From Camelus dromedarius (Eukaryota): DNA of 64,000 nt. Positions within the stretch are counted from its first letter, which is position 1. The number at the start of each line of letters is the position of its first letter. Below the pieces are notes generated by a model. The model saw only the letters and a program-made list of their open reading frames with translations. It searched no databases and was not told where the DNA came from. Positions 63,545 to 64,000 of the stretch are shown piece after piece. Location of the stretch: contig NC_087465.1 of NCBI RefSeq assembly GCF_036321535.1, positions 8,742,001 to 8,806,000 on the forward strand, read 5' to 3'. A program made the position numbers and the translations under genes.

Positions 63545-63750
63545 TAGTAATCATAACTAAAATTTCAGCACTTACTCTGAACCAGGCATATGCTAAGTGC
63601 TTTACATACATAATGCATTTGATCCTCACAACTCAATGAAGTGGAGTTTGAAATACCAGCCCAGGTTAAGAAAGCAGGGGAGTAAAAGAGCCAAGGATGG
63701 AAGGCAGGCTGTCTGGATCGGAAGTCCTTGCTCTTAACCAGGCACTGTGC
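63545..63750 (-). mobile_element. MIR
   Basis: gcacttactctgaaccaggcatatgctaagtgctttacat...catttgatcctcacaac...ggctgtctgg...tgctcttaacc. Confidence 0.8.
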
Positions 63751-64000
63751 TGCCAGCAACAGTGCCTGACAGTGTGCATGTGGAGGGTGGAAACTCAGCA
63801 AGAAAGAAGGAGTTGAGTTCTGAAAAATTCTTTGTTGAAGTAATAATGGTTCTTGTGGATAGACCTCAAGGGCATTATGCTCAGTGATGGAAGTCAGTGA
63901 GAGGCTCAATTCTCTCCTTGGAGTTGTTATCCATAGCGTTTGCCCGGCAAATTTTGAACGTAACCAATAATCAGAAAAGATAATTCACTTGGGAAAATAC

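Noticed and set aside
1-64000. Prokaryotic or viral systems (CRISPR arrays, operons, defence islands, intact retrovirus)
   Set aside because: The sequence is repeat-rich mammalian DNA with no regularly spaced direct repeats, no dense long ORFs and no gag/pol/env internal sequence.

Overview
Mammalian non-coding DNA, most likely from a camelid: there is a vic-1-type tRNA-derived SINE at 49180-49317, plus an artiodactyl-type L1 tail and an ALTR2-like LTR. I recognise no protein-coding exon, structural RNA gene or prokaryotic system. The supplied ORFs are chance frames, frames inside repeats, or frames read through N runs. The window is a patchwork of old eutherian repeats (MIR, L2, CR1/L3, L1M, MLT1/MLT2, MER5/MER20/MER58, Tigger2), including several nested insertions and a 6.7 kb L1 mosaic at 53.0-59.8 kb. 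Ten N runs (134-236 nt, 1839 nt in total) appear to replace real sequence of the same length, and six of them (1114 nt) lie outside recognisable repeats, so something could be hidden there. The best leads are a CpG-retaining element at 7.6-8.1 kb, a motif-dense block at 16.2-16.5 kb, and speculative spliced-transcript signals on both strands at 16-18 kb and 39 kb. I found no convincing new biological system. Repeat family names come from recalled consensus sequences, boundaries are approximate, and counts were made by hand.
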